Source of the DNA: Nitrospirota bacterium
GTDB lineage: Bacteria > Nitrospirota > UBA9217
Assembly (NCBI GenBank): GCA_043731355.1
Contig: JAYTJE010000079.1
Coordinates: 9,483-73,482 of the forward strand
Length of the DNA stretch: 64,000 bases
Direction of reading: 5' to 3'
Shown: piece by piece, positions 1 through 9,657 of the stretch
How positions within the stretch are numbered: position 1 is the first letter of the stretch
Layout: every line of letters starts with the position of its first letter
Translations under genes and position numbers: made by a program
Notes under the pieces: generated by a model
What the model was told of the DNA's origin: nothing
What the model saw: only the letters and a program-made list of their open reading frames with translations
The model's database searches: none

Positions 1-416
1 GCTATGCCAACGGCAGCGAAGTGATAAAGGAAGCCGCACACCTTATTGAAAATGCGGTCAAAGCCAAAGGAACTCCTGACGACTTCATCGGGCATGTCGG
101 CGGAGACGACTACGTAGTCATTACGGTCCCCGAGGTGATGCGGGAAGTGGCCGGTGAGATCATCGCCCAGTTCGACAAACGGATCCCCGAGTTCTACGAA
201 CCAGGCGACCGGGAAAAGGGATATATTCACGGTAAGACCAGGCAGGGCGTTGACATGAAATTCCCGCTCATGACCATATCGATCGCCATCGTCACGAATG
301 AGCGGAGAAAACTGGCCAATGCGCTGGAAGCCTCAGAGATCGCCGCGGAACTGAAGGATTATGCCAAGACCATTGCTAAAAGTGTGTATGTCGTCGATAA
401 GAGGAGAAATAATTGA
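1..416 (+). CDS. GGDEF-domain protein, C-terminal fragment (gene starts before the window); degenerate GGDDY in place of GGDEF
   Basis: The reading frame is open from base 3. 'FIGHVGGDDYVVI' followed by '...LMTISIAIVT' matches the GGDEF core 'R-GGDEF-avll ... vTvSiGia'. Confidence 0.5.
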   Translation, partial: YANGSEVIKEAAHLIENAVKAKGTPDDFIGHVGGDDYVVITVPEVMREVAGEIIAQFDKRIPEFYEPGDREKGYIHGKTRQGVDMKFPLMTISIAIVTNERRKLANALEASEIAAELKDYAKTIAKSVYVVDKRRNN

Positions 417-865
417 AAAAGATAGTACTGCTTATTCTGTGTTTTTGCACGGGCCTCGGTGGATGCGTTCGTCCACCGGCCCCGGCAATGCAGCTCTCTG
501 AGCTGCAAAATGCAGAAAACCTGTTCAATCAAAAAAAATACAACGATGCGATGACCGCATATAGAAAACTGCTGGCTGCCTCCCCTGCTCCAGCGCCCTC
601 CGAAGCAGCCAATGCGAGGTATGGCATTGCTTTTATCCTTGCGTACTATGATAACCCTCAGCGGAATTATGCGCAGGCCATTGAGGAACTTGATGAGTTC
701 CTGCGCTTGCATCCTGACAACGCCAGGGTGCGCGATGCTCAGAACTTGCGGTTCCTTCTCAAGGCTTTTATCGAGGTCAAAAAGGACAATGAACATTTGA
801 ATAAGAGCATTGAGCAGTTGAAAAAGCTTGATATCAGGCACGAGGAGCGGCGAGGGGGTAAATAA
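413..865 (+). CDS. Lipoprotein with a TPR-like helical repeat
   Basis: Signal peptide plus lipobox 'LGGC'. The start overlaps the previous stop (ATGA). Confidence 0.5.
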   Translation: MKKIVLLILCFCTGLGGCVRPPAPAMQLSELQNAENLFNQKKYNDAMTAYRKLLAASPAPAPSEAANARYGIAFILAYYDNPQRNYAQAIEELDEFLRLHPDNARVRDAQNLRFLLKAFIEVKKDNEHLNKSIEQLKKLDIRHEERRGGK

Positions 866-1124
866 CGGCCCTTGAACAAGAATGGTTCAGCGAGCAGTTT
901 TGATCGATGCGTGGCCGAAAAATGTAAGCCGCATCCGCCGGAATTTGTTGAGTTTATATCCGGATCATCCGAAAAGCACAGAATGCACAAAATCCGTTTC
1001 TTCTCTGCTGAAAACCATCGTGGAGAAAAGAAAACGAATGAACGTTTGAGTTACAGCATCGAGGAGCTGAGGCGGTTGTATGTGAACATCAGGAGCGGAG
1101 GAAAAAAGCAGGCTTGCTATGGTG

Positions 1125-2027
1125 TCATTGGCTAGTGCGCTTGAGCTGTTGCGATTCTTCTTTGTGCCTTTGAGGCAGCCCCAAGTGATCGTTCGTAGAT
1201 CGTATTATACCATTCTCCCCCAGGTAAAATGAACCATGATAAGGATCATCAGGGATATTGTCGATGACGTGCTTGTCCACAAGGTCTTCGATGCGGTGAG
1301 GCAATTTCCCGAATTTGCGACGATACCGTTCCACACTATTCTCTATATAAAACGTAGCCTCTAATGCACACAGCCGGGTTTTATATTTCCTGATCAGCAC
1401 CTTATCTTCTGTTTTTCCGATCATTTCCTTCATAAAATTGATGGCGTTTTCGGTTCTGTTTTCCCGAGCCGCCAATTTCACCGCCAAGTTCGCAAACAGT
1501 GGTTTGGCTCCAGGCCTGCGCGATGCTTCCATGAGATATTCGCTGGCGGTCTTATTATCCTTTAAAAAATAAAAATGATTGAAGCCCAGATAAAAAAGCA
1601 AATCCGCATCCCATGTTCTATGGCGGCTTCCCTTCACCAGGAGCATGTTCGCTTCCTGGACCATTCCCGCGTCCCAGGTAAGATTGGCATTGCTGAGATA
1701 ATAGGAATCCTCGAAGTAAGGATCCATATCAGTTGAAGCGTTCATAATATCAAAGAACCACTTCCATTCCACCTGCTTAACGCCGGATATTTCTGCTCGT
1801 TCCTGGGTGCCAGCAATGAACATGAGCGCTTTTATGAATAGCACGTCGGAAACAAGACCATCGAACTCGAGTGCCGTTATTTTAAGAACTGGTGTCGGCA
1901 GGACAAATGAGGGTTCGTCTGCCCGGGGAAGCGTACTCCAGGCTCTGGCAGCCTGCTGTGCTGCGACAAAATGAGCAGCAACAAGTACCATTCCAATGAC
2001 AAATATGGTCAGCAACCGATGCATCAC
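1125..2027 (-). CDS. Hypothetical exported protein, translationally coupled to the ABC-2 transporter
   Basis: N-terminal hydrophobic signal. There is a 4-nt overlap with the upstream permease gene. Confidence 0.5.
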   Translation of the reverse strand: MMHRLLTIFVIGMVLVAAHFVAAQQAARAWSTLPRADEPSFVLPTPVLKITALEFDGLVSDVLFIKALMFIAGTQERAEISGVKQVEWKWFFDIMNASTDMDPYFEDSYYLSNANLTWDAGMVQEANMLLVKGSRHRTWDADLLFYLGFNHFYFLKDNKTASEYLMEASRRPGAKPLFANLAVKLAARENRTENAINFMKEMIGKTEDKVLIRKYKTRLCALEATFYIENSVERYRRKFGKLPHRIEDLVDKHVIDNIPDDPYHGSFYLGENGIIRSTNDHLGLPQRHKEESQQLKRTSQ

Positions 2028-2836
2028 GGAAACTCCTTTTTCCGGAATATCATGGCTGCCAGAAGAATAGTCAATGATGTATAAATGACGCTATAAAACA
2101 GTGTCCAGACGATATAGGAGAACGTAACGTCCAGGCCATGTGCTGCCTGTATTTTTATGTCAAAAAGAGAAAGGTTGGGGAAGACATAATAGGCGGTCTG
2201 GACCATTTTTAGCGTGACTGGAGAAACCTCGATGCCTGCGGCCTGCGGCATCTCAACCAGATTTTTAACTTCCTGCGTGGACTGGCCGATGATATAGGCA
2301 AGTATGGTAAACACCAGCGTGATGAAGGACGAGGACGTGAACGATGCAAACAGAAAGCTCAGGGCGGACAAAAGGATCAGCATCAAGGTTGTTCCGCAGA
2401 TCGCAAGACAAACCATATAAAGAGAGATCCGGTTGAACGAATACGGGTAGATCCCTTTGAGTGCGATCAAAGAAAGGACCGTAAGAATAGTCAGCAATAC
2501 CATCATGGCGCTAATCAGAAGAATCATGCCGAAGAACTTACCGTAGATGTATTGGGACCGTGAGAGAGGACGCGACAGGATCATGTAAATGGTTTTTTTC
2601 TCCAGGTCTTTCGCCATCAGATTAATGCCGATGAACAGAACAAAGAGAAGGCCTGCGAACGATACGGTCGACAAGCTGAAGTCGACTGCCACCTTGCCGA
2701 CTTCTATCGGGATAATCTGGGCAAGAAGAAAATTTGCGGACAAGAGCATGAGAGCAAAAAGGGATATTCCGTAAATAGCCCGATTCCTGATCCCTTCTTT
2801 AAATGTTATCACTGCAATCGGCCAGAGACTCAGCAT
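2024..2836 (-). CDS. ABC-2 family transporter permease
   Basis: About six predicted TM helices. It overlaps both the ATPase gene and the downstream gene. Confidence 0.65.
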   Translation of the reverse strand: MLSLWPIAVITFKEGIRNRAIYGISLFALMLLSANFLLAQIIPIEVGKVAVDFSLSTVSFAGLLFVLFIGINLMAKDLEKKTIYMILSRPLSRSQYIYGKFFGMILLISAMMVLLTILTVLSLIALKGIYPYSFNRISLYMVCLAICGTTLMLILLSALSFLFASFTSSSFITLVFTILAYIIGQSTQEVKNLVEMPQAAGIEVSPVTLKMVQTAYYVFPNLSLFDIKIQAAHGLDVTFSYIVWTLFYSVIYTSLTILLAAMIFRKKEFP

Positions 2837-3576
2837 ATTTCGGCGCCTCCCCTGGCATCGTTCACCTCTGCCACGAAGATCTCTTCCAGCGTTTTACCCT
2901 TACCCAAAAGATCGCGAAGACGATCAACGAGCATCAGTCTACCACCGACAATAATGCCGACTCGGTCACAGAACCGTTCTATGTCGCTCAAAATGTGCGA
3001 TGAAAAGAAGACCGTTTTACCTCGTTTTTTGAGATCAATGATGATATCTCCCACCATTTTCCTGCCCATGGGGTCAAGGCCGCTCATCGGCTCATCAAGA
3101 ATGACGACATCGGGGTCGTGGATCAGGGCAAGAGCAAGTCCTACTCGCTGTACCATTCCCTTGGAATAGGTTCTGAGCTTCCTGGTGCTGACGGACCGGA
3201 GATTCACCTTCTCCAGGAGTTCCTCGCTTTTACGGTGTGTCATCTCGGACGACAAGCCCGCGGCAGTGCCGCCAAACCACAGTAGTTCCTTGGCTGAGAG
3301 ATAATCGTATAAATACGGGTTTTCCGGGAGATAACCAATATGCCTGCGTACTTCCTTATCTTTAACGTCCCTGCCCATAACGATCACACTGCCTCTATCA
3401 GGGCGGACGAGATCCATCATGATCTTGATCGTTGTGGATTTACCCGCGCCGTTCGGCCCAAGGAAACCGAAAATTTCTCCTTGCTCAACTGTCAAAGACA
3501 GGTTGCTTACCGCTTTGACTCGTTTAACGCCAATTCCTTCCTTGAATTCTTTTAAAACCTCATGAATTTCGATCAT
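2830..3576 (-). CDS. ABC transporter ATP-binding protein
   Basis: Walker A 'GPNGAGKST', a signature-like 'YSKGMVQRVGLA', and Walker B 'VVILDEP'. Confidence 0.85.
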   Translation of the reverse strand: MIEIHEVLKEFKEGIGVKRVKAVSNLSLTVEQGEIFGFLGPNGAGKSTTIKIMMDLVRPDRGSVIVMGRDVKDKEVRRHIGYLPENPYLYDYLSAKELLWFGGTAAGLSSEMTHRKSEELLEKVNLRSVSTRKLRTYSKGMVQRVGLALALIHDPDVVILDEPMSGLDPMGRKMVGDIIIDLKKRGKTVFFSSHILSDIERFCDRVGIIVGGRLMLVDRLRDLLGKGKTLEEIFVAEVNDARGGAEIC

Positions 3577-3628
3577 GGATTAGACCTCGACTGCGCCCGC
3601 GCAGCCGTACGCAAGACGATCAGCCTTC

Positions 3629-4615
3629 CTATTTTATTTCATGGAGTGCAAGCGATCTTGCACTCTTTAAATTATTAGCCAGCTCTTGATCGTTGGGATA
3701 AAGTACGACCGCTCTCTCGAAAATAGCCACGGCTTTTTCCACTTCCCCGATGCGTGCCAGGAGAATACCGGTATTGTTGAGCAGATACAGGTCAGTGTCC
3801 TTGATCTTCAGACCTTCGGCATAGATTTTGAGTGCTTTACGTGCATTTCCCTGGTCACGAAAAATGTTTCCCAGAGAAAGATATACCTTGACGTTGTCCG
3901 GCTTGTAGTCCAGTGATTTCAGGAAATGATCAATTGCGCTGCTGGTTGCACCCGTTTTTACATAGAGCATGGCCAGATTATTGTGCCCTTCAGGATATTC
4001 CGGATGTATGGCCAGCACCTTGATATACGCAGCCTCGGCTTCTTTGAATTTATTCTGGAGCGTCAGGAGATTGCCGATATTGTTATACGCCTCATAAAAA
4101 TTTGGATTGAGATCTATGGCTTTTTGGAAAGAGATGAGTGCCTGCGTTTGATTGCCAAGCTGGATATGTATCAAGCCAATATTATTATAGCTTTTGAAAT
4201 CCCTGCTGTTTAAGAAAATTGATGTATTAAATTCGTTCAGGGCTTCTGTTGGGTTGCCTAATTCCTTAAGGACTACACCCATATTATAATGGGGCGTGTG
4301 CCAGCCTTTTTTCAAATCAGAAGCTTTTCTAAAATAGAATAAAGATTGTTTGAGATCCCCCTTGAGCTTGAGCGTTGTGCCAATATTGTTGTAGGTACGA
4401 GCTTTAAACGGTGACTTAGAAAGAACATCATTCCACAGGAGGATGTCGTCGTGCCAAGTAATATTGCGGTTATAGGCAATCATCATCAGGAACGTGATGA
4501 TGATTGCGCAGCAGATATATTTGAACATAAAAATAACGGGAGGGATGTTGGCCCGATAATAAAGAGGCCACGGTCTGACCGTGGCCTCTTTTGCAGAATG
4601 AAACACAATAACCAA
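3629..4615 (-). CDS. TPR-repeat protein with an N-terminal membrane anchor
   Basis: Many 34-aa repeats of the 'YNNIG...A...F.KA..L.P' type. The start is uncertain; the internal Met 'MFKYICC' near 4525 is possible. Confidence 0.7.
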   Translation of the reverse strand: MVIVFHSAKEATVRPWPLYYRANIPPVIFMFKYICCAIIITFLMMIAYNRNITWHDDILLWNDVLSKSPFKARTYNNIGTTLKLKGDLKQSLFYFRKASDLKKGWHTPHYNMGVVLKELGNPTEALNEFNTSIFLNSRDFKSYNNIGLIHIQLGNQTQALISFQKAIDLNPNFYEAYNNIGNLLTLQNKFKEAEAAYIKVLAIHPEYPEGHNNLAMLYVKTGATSSAIDHFLKSLDYKPDNVKVYLSLGNIFRDQGNARKALKIYAEGLKIKDTDLYLLNNTGILLARIGEVEKAVAIFERAVVLYPNDQELANNLKSARSLALHEIK

Positions 4616-4629
4616 TTAAACCACAACCA

Positions 4630-5112
4630 CTATATAGCAGTAAAAGTCGTGGGCAGATCTACGCTCGTGGTTGCCGCAGCAACATCCGTGGCAGAAGGTG
4701 TAGTATAATCACCACCAGACCAGTCCCTTGCGACAAACTTGGCCTGGTCTGATTCAAAGCCATATACTTTGTTGCCGGTAACATGGGCAGTTGCTGCCGT
4801 AAAAAAAGCGCCTACAGCGCTTGTTGCGATGGTTGCGGCATAAACGCCCTTCGAAAGCTTTGCACCAGGCAAGGCGCCCATAGTCGCAGGTCCCAAAGTA
4901 ACAGTCTGTGTTGCATAAGCCAGTGTATCGGCAAAAATTGCTTCTTCAGCGGTCACCATATTCCTGATGTCAGACTGAGCAGCTGCGTTGTATCCTTTAA
5001 TACGATATGCAGCGAACTGCGGGATGGCGATTGCGGCCAGGATGGCGATGATCGCCACCACGATAAGGAGTTCGATAAGGGTAAAACCTTTTTTGATAGT
5101 TGTTTTTTTCAT
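4630..5112 (-). CDS. pilA: Type IV pilin (PilA-like major pilin)
   Basis: Class III leader 'MKKTTIKKG|FTLIELLIVVAIIAILAAIAIPQF'. A GGGAGG ribosome-binding site lies 7 nt upstream of the ATG at 5112. Confidence 0.85.
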   Translation of the reverse strand: MKKTTIKKGFTLIELLIVVAIIAILAAIAIPQFAAYRIKGYNAAAQSDIRNMVTAEEAIFADTLAYATQTVTLGPATMGALPGAKLSKGVYAATIATSAVGAFFTAATAHVTGNKVYGFESDQAKFVARDWSGGDYTTPSATDVAAATTSVDLPTTFTAI

Positions 5113-5234
5113 TGTATTTCCTCCCATAAAGTTTTTTTAGTTTTTCTATTTCAACATACTTCCAAAACTGGCTTAAGATCCCTTAATGGGTGTCACCTCC
5201 TTCCAAAGACCTCAAGCTTTTCTGGTCGTGAATA

Positions 5235-5252
5235 ATGCAGGTACTGTGCCAT
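5235..5252 (-). promoter_or_regulatory. Putative sigma-54 (-24/-12) promoter upstream of the pilin gene
   Basis: The minus strand reads TGGCAC-agtac-CTGCA, about 110 nt upstream of the pilA ATG. Confidence 0.45.
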
Positions 5253-5527
5253 AATTTACCATTGCAATATCAGTGGGTTGTGTATGCGGATTACAGATAA
5301 TTGACCTGGATTGTCATATAGTGGTGACAAAAAATGGCATGTTTACGGGAAAGGATGAGAAAAAGGACAGTTATTTTAATATCGTCAGAGAATTTGTAAC
5401 CATTCAGGCACCCAATATCCGATGTCCTCGATAGTTCTCATGGATTCCTCAAGGCATCTTCGTGATTGCTGAACCTGCGCAGGAAGTGTAAGAAAGGTTT
5501 TATCGAACGTTTTTGTTCTGCGGATCT

Positions 5528-5812
5528 TCACTTCCCGGCCTTTCGCTTACCTTTTTTTAGATCCGCGAACAGCCGCTCCGTTTCATACCCGGCGTACAAC
5601 TCGGAAACCATCCCCTCCTTTATGTCCTTCTCCGCGGATAGTTCCAGCTTTTTCCATTTCGGGGTATAAAAGTACGCCTGGGTAGTATCAATCAGGGACA
5701 AGGTTTCCTTATGTTTGACAAAACAGATAAAATCCAAAACTTCTTTTGCCTGCGATGCCGGTAGATTCTTGATCTCCCGGACGATCTCATCTTTTAACGT
5801 AGTTTGGGGCAT
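5528..5812 (-). CDS. Hypothetical small protein (the N-terminus resembles DUF2281 antitoxin-like proteins)
   Basis: 94-aa ORF with 'NLPASQAKEVLDFICFV'. No partner toxin gene is adjacent. Confidence 0.4.
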   Translation of the reverse strand: MPQTTLKDEIVREIKNLPASQAKEVLDFICFVKHKETLSLIDTTQAYFYTPKWKKLELSAEKDIKEGMVSELYAGYETERLFADLKKGKRKAGK

Positions 5813-5935
5813 TTTTTCTCCCTGCCTTTATCTGTACGTGGAGTCATGATTGATCTTTCCGATGTCCTTATGTGCCTATTATAGTTTGAATGAATCCTTG
5901 AGTCAACAACTTCGCGCATCAACATCGCATCTCTA

Positions 5936-6793
5936 TTACTCCGCATAATATTCATTCGCATGATAGGAACTTCGCACGAGCGGTCCTGCTTCGACATGTT
6001 TGAATCCCCGTGACCTTGCTTCTTCGCGGAAAACCGCAAATTCTTCCGGTGAGTAATATTTTTTAACAGGCAGGTGGCTCCTGCCAGGCTGCAGGTATTG
6101 GCCGAGCGTAAGGAGCTGGCAATCAACGTCGCGCAGATCATGCATGACCGATATCACTTCATCCCTGCTCTCCCCCAGGCCGAGCATAAGTCCGGTTTTC
6201 GTTACGACGCCAAGCTGACGGGCCCGAGACAGTAATTCAAGGGAACGGTGGTATAGCGCCTGGGGTCTCACCCGCGAATAGAGGGAAGGAGTGGTTTCCA
6301 GATTGTGATTAAGCACATCCGGTGACGCATTCAGAACGGTTTTGAGCGACTCTGCAGATCCAAGAAAATCCGGAATGAGCACCTCAACGCGGCAGTCTGG
6401 CGACGTTTCGCGTATGGCTTTGATGGTTTCCGCAAAGATTTCGGCGCCGCCGTCGGGAAGATCATCCCTCGTGACTGATGTTATTACCGCATAGTTCAGT
6501 TTGAGTTCTGCTACCGCCCTGGCAACCCGCTCCGGTTCATCCCTGTCTATGTCAGTAGGTATGCCCTTCGGCACATTGCAGAATCGGCAACCCCGGGTAC
6601 ACACGTTTCCAAGAACCATGAAGGTGGCGGTTCCGGCATTCCAGCACTCGTTCTGGTTCGGGCAGGCTGCGCTTTGACAGACCGTGTGCAGTTTGTTCGA
6701 GCGAATAAGTTTCTTGATGTTCCGATACTGTTCGCTCGTTGTAAGGCTGATCTTGAACCACGGGGGTAGTCTTCTCTTGACCTCTGCCGGCAT
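5936..6793 (-). CDS. lipA: Lipoyl synthase
   Basis: Radical-SAM cluster 'CTRGCRFC' and N-terminal cluster 'CQSAACPNQNEC'. Confidence 0.9.
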   Translation of the reverse strand: MPAEVKRRLPPWFKISLTTSEQYRNIKKLIRSNKLHTVCQSAACPNQNECWNAGTATFMVLGNVCTRGCRFCNVPKGIPTDIDRDEPERVARAVAELKLNYAVITSVTRDDLPDGGAEIFAETIKAIRETSPDCRVEVLIPDFLGSAESLKTVLNASPDVLNHNLETTPSLYSRVRPQALYHRSLELLSRARQLGVVTKTGLMLGLGESRDEVISVMHDLRDVDCQLLTLGQYLQPGRSHLPVKKYYSPEEFAVFREEARSRGFKHVEAGPLVRSSYHANEYYAE

Positions 6794-6796
6794 TTC

Positions 6797-9175
6797 TTAT
6801 CCCTTTTTACCGTTTAATGCCGCTTCAATGACCTGGTCTATGGTGTCAACAAATATGAAGTTCATCTCCTTACGCAGCTCTTCAGGCACGTCGTCAAGGT
6901 CGTTCTTGTTCTTTTCCGGCAGGATCACGGTCTTGATCCCCGCTCTTCTTGCGGCGAGCACCTTTTCCTTTAGCCCGCCGATCGGCATCACCTTGCCCCG
7001 CAGCGTTATTTCTCCGGTCATGGCCACGTCGTGTTTTGCAATTCTGCCGGTGAGCATCGACACGATCGCGGTCGTCATGGTGACGCCGGCTGACGGCCCG
7101 TCCTTGGGGATTGCGCCGGCAGGCACATGGATGTGGATGTCCGATTTTTCATAGAAGTCGCGGTTGATCCCGAAGGTTTCCGCCTGTGAACGCACGTAGG
7201 AAAGCGCGGCTTGCGCTGATTCCTTCATGACGTCACCAAGCTGACCCGTGAGCAAAAGCTGTTTATTCCCCGGCATCATCGTTGCTTCGATAAAGAGGAT
7301 GTCCCCTCCTGTCGGCGTCCAGGCTAAGCCGGTAACGACACCGGGCCGGTCTATCATGACTGCGGTTTCAGCAAAAAATTTCGGGTTGCCCAGGTAATCA
7401 TGAAGGCTTTGCACGGTGACCGTGATTGGCGTGGGTTTGCCTTCGGCCACGGCTTTAGCTACCTTGCGACAGACGTTCGCAATTTCCCGCTCCACATTTC
7501 TGACCCCCGCCTCGCGGGTGTAGTCCTTGATAATGCTCCTGAGCGCGTCGTCTTCGATCACGAGCTCTTCTGCGTTCAGCGCATTCGCCCTGATCTCTTT
7601 TGGAATAAGATATTTTATTGCGATGTTCAGCTTCTCCTGCTCGGTGTATCCGGGCAGGCGCAGCATTTCCATCCGGTCCAAGAGCGGCGCCGGGATCGTA
7701 TCGAGCTGGTTCGCCGTGGTTATGAACATTACCTGGGAGAGATCGAAGGGCACATCAAGATAATTGTCGCGAAAATCCTTGTTCTGCTCCGGGTCGAGCA
7801 CTTCAAGAAGCGCCGAGGAAGGATCTCCGCGCCAGTCCGCTCCGACCTTGTCCACTTCGTCGAGCATGATGACCGGGTCCTTGGTTTCCGCCCGTTTGAT
7901 CGCCTGAATAATGCGTCCCGGCATGGCGCCGATATACGTGCGCCGATGTCCCCGGATCTCGGCTTCATCGTGGAGGCCTCCCAGGGACATGCGCATGAAC
8001 TTCCGGTCCAAAGCCCGCGCAATGGACTGGCCCAGAGAGGTTTTACCGACGCCGGGAGGGCCGACAAAGCAGAGGATGGGCTCCCGCATCTTTGCGCCCG
8101 CTTGCGTTCCCCGGTCCTTACCCAGCTTTTTCACCGCAAGGTATTCCAGTATCCGGTCCTTCACTTTCTCCAGATCGTAATGGTCCTCGTCAAGGGTTGC
8201 CCGCGTTTTCGTGATATCTATGGGCGACGATGACGTTTTGCTCCAGGGAAGGCCGGTCATCCATTCGAGGTAGGTCCGAATGACCGAATATTCGGGCGAA
8301 GAGGCGTTGAGCTTTTCCATGCGGCCAAGCTCCCGCTTCGATTCTTTTTCCGCCTCGGGCGTCATCTTCGCTTCTTCGATCTTTTCCCGGAGGCTTTTTA
8401 TCTCGGAGCCGTCGTCGCTCTCCTCGCCGAGTTCCTTGCGAATGGCCGAGAGCTGCTGCCGCAGCAGGTACTCGCGCTCCGCTTTTTGCATCTGGTCCCG
8501 CGCCTGCCCCTGAATTTTTTTCCCCAGTTCAAGCACCTCCACCTCGCGGTTCAAATGCTGCATCAGCTTCGTGAGCTTGTCATGGACCGGGTCGGTTTCA
8601 AGGATTTCCTGCCGCTGCGCCAGGTCCAGCCGTATGTTCGTTGCGATCAGGTAGGCAAGCTGCCGGGGATTGTCGATATTGACGGCAGCGGAGGAAAGTT
8701 CTTCCGGCATGTTCGGCGTGAGCGAAACAAGCTTCTGAAAGGTCTCGGAGAGGCCGCGCATGAGCGCTTCGGTCTCAACGGTTTTGTCGATGACGTCCGG
8801 CAGCGCAACGGCCCTTGCCTTTATATAAGGTTCATTCTGGATGAGACTGAGAATCCTGATGCGTTCGACGCCCTGCACCAGGACCCGGAGCGTTCCATCG
8901 GGGACCTTGACCATCTGCAGAATGAGCGCCATCGTTCCTATCGAATAAACATCGTCAAGGGCTGCGACCTCGATGTCGGCCCTCTTCTGTGACGTAAGGG
9001 CCAGGAGCTTGTCCCCGGCGACCACCTCATGAATGAGCTTGATTGATTTTTCCTTGCCGATGACAAGCGGATAAACAGTGAGAGGGTAGACCACCGTGTC
9101 CTTCAGGGGAAGGAGCGGCAGTTCCTCGGGCACGACCAGCTTCGGTTCCTGTTCGCTGTTTTCCTTAATTTCCAT
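6797..9175 (-). CDS. lon: ATP-dependent Lon protease
   Basis: Walker A 'GPPGVGKTS' and catalytic 'PKDGPSAGVT'. An AGGAG ribosome-binding site lies 8 nt before the ATG at 9175. The longer track ORF running to 9313 is an in-frame upstream extension. Confidence 0.95.
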   Translation of the reverse strand: MEIKENSEQEPKLVVPEELPLLPLKDTVVYPLTVYPLVIGKEKSIKLIHEVVAGDKLLALTSQKRADIEVAALDDVYSIGTMALILQMVKVPDGTLRVLVQGVERIRILSLIQNEPYIKARAVALPDVIDKTVETEALMRGLSETFQKLVSLTPNMPEELSSAAVNIDNPRQLAYLIATNIRLDLAQRQEILETDPVHDKLTKLMQHLNREVEVLELGKKIQGQARDQMQKAEREYLLRQQLSAIRKELGEESDDGSEIKSLREKIEEAKMTPEAEKESKRELGRMEKLNASSPEYSVIRTYLEWMTGLPWSKTSSSPIDITKTRATLDEDHYDLEKVKDRILEYLAVKKLGKDRGTQAGAKMREPILCFVGPPGVGKTSLGQSIARALDRKFMRMSLGGLHDEAEIRGHRRTYIGAMPGRIIQAIKRAETKDPVIMLDEVDKVGADWRGDPSSALLEVLDPEQNKDFRDNYLDVPFDLSQVMFITTANQLDTIPAPLLDRMEMLRLPGYTEQEKLNIAIKYLIPKEIRANALNAEELVIEDDALRSIIKDYTREAGVRNVEREIANVCRKVAKAVAEGKPTPITVTVQSLHDYLGNPKFFAETAVMIDRPGVVTGLAWTPTGGDILFIEATMMPGNKQLLLTGQLGDVMKESAQAALSYVRSQAETFGINRDFYEKSDIHIHVPAGAIPKDGPSAGVTMTTAIVSMLTGRIAKHDVAMTGEITLRGKVMPIGGLKEKVLAARRAGIKTVILPEKNKNDLDDVPEELRKEMNFIFVDTIDQVIEAALNGKKG

Positions 9176-9456
9176 GGATTCGCTCCTGGTTGGTTTTTGT
9201 TGCCGCAAAATTTTTTTTATCAGCTCGCTGAAAGGCGTCACTGTTATTTCCTCTTCCGCAACGCACGCAAGTTCCATGACGACCAGGACCGACAGGAAGC
9301 GCACGAAACGCAACGTAACGTGATTATAGCTCGTTCACTGGTGAAAGAAAAGAACAAATCCTGAAACACCGTCAGTATTAAGGTGATAGAGGGGGGGAAT
9401 ATGGCTGCATGAAGCCATGCAGTAGGAAAACTCACTGACACCGAATATCTTTTTTC

Positions 9457-9485
9457 TTGACATGCCTCCGGCACAGGATTATATT
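9457..9485 (+). promoter_or_regulatory. Near-consensus sigma-70 promoter (TTGACA-17-TATATT) upstream of the fdn operon
   Basis: TTGACA at 9457-9462, a 17-nt spacer, then TATATT at 9480-9485. Confidence 0.4.
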
Positions 9486-9657
9486 TTTATAATAAAGCTA
9501 TTAATAGTTTTAATAATTGTTGCGGAGAATATAAACTATTCTCGTGCATTTCCACTCACTCAGCAAATCCATAGAATATCGCGAACGCGAAATGGTACTG
9601 GCCGCGCGATACCACACAAGCGAACTTCAGGCATTCAATACGAAGGGAGGATGTACA

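Noticed and set aside
872-1135. An 87-aa plus-strand ORF in the convergent intergenic region between the TPR lipoprotein gene and the ABC-2 operon.
   Set aside because: It has no ribosome-binding site and an Arg/Lys-rich low-complexity composition. It lies where two convergent genes terminate.
9175-9313. In-frame N-terminal extension of lon, 'MRFVRFLSVLVVMELAC...', in the track ORF 6797-9313.
   Set aside because: The extension has no ribosome-binding site, whereas an AGGAG ribosome-binding site precedes the internal ATG at 9175, where the conserved Lon N-terminus begins.
9560-9640. A possible sigma-54 element, 'TGGTAC-N5-GCGC', in the fdn leader.
   Set aside because: The -12 element does not match TTGC(A/T). 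A good sigma-70 promoter lies upstream at 9457-9485.
9544-9657. Upstream start for fdnG, 'MHFHSLSK...'.
   Set aside because: The GGGAGG ribosome-binding site plus the ATG at 9658 gives the expected Tat signal 'MGVTRREFMKV' immediately. The upstream region is a 5' leader.
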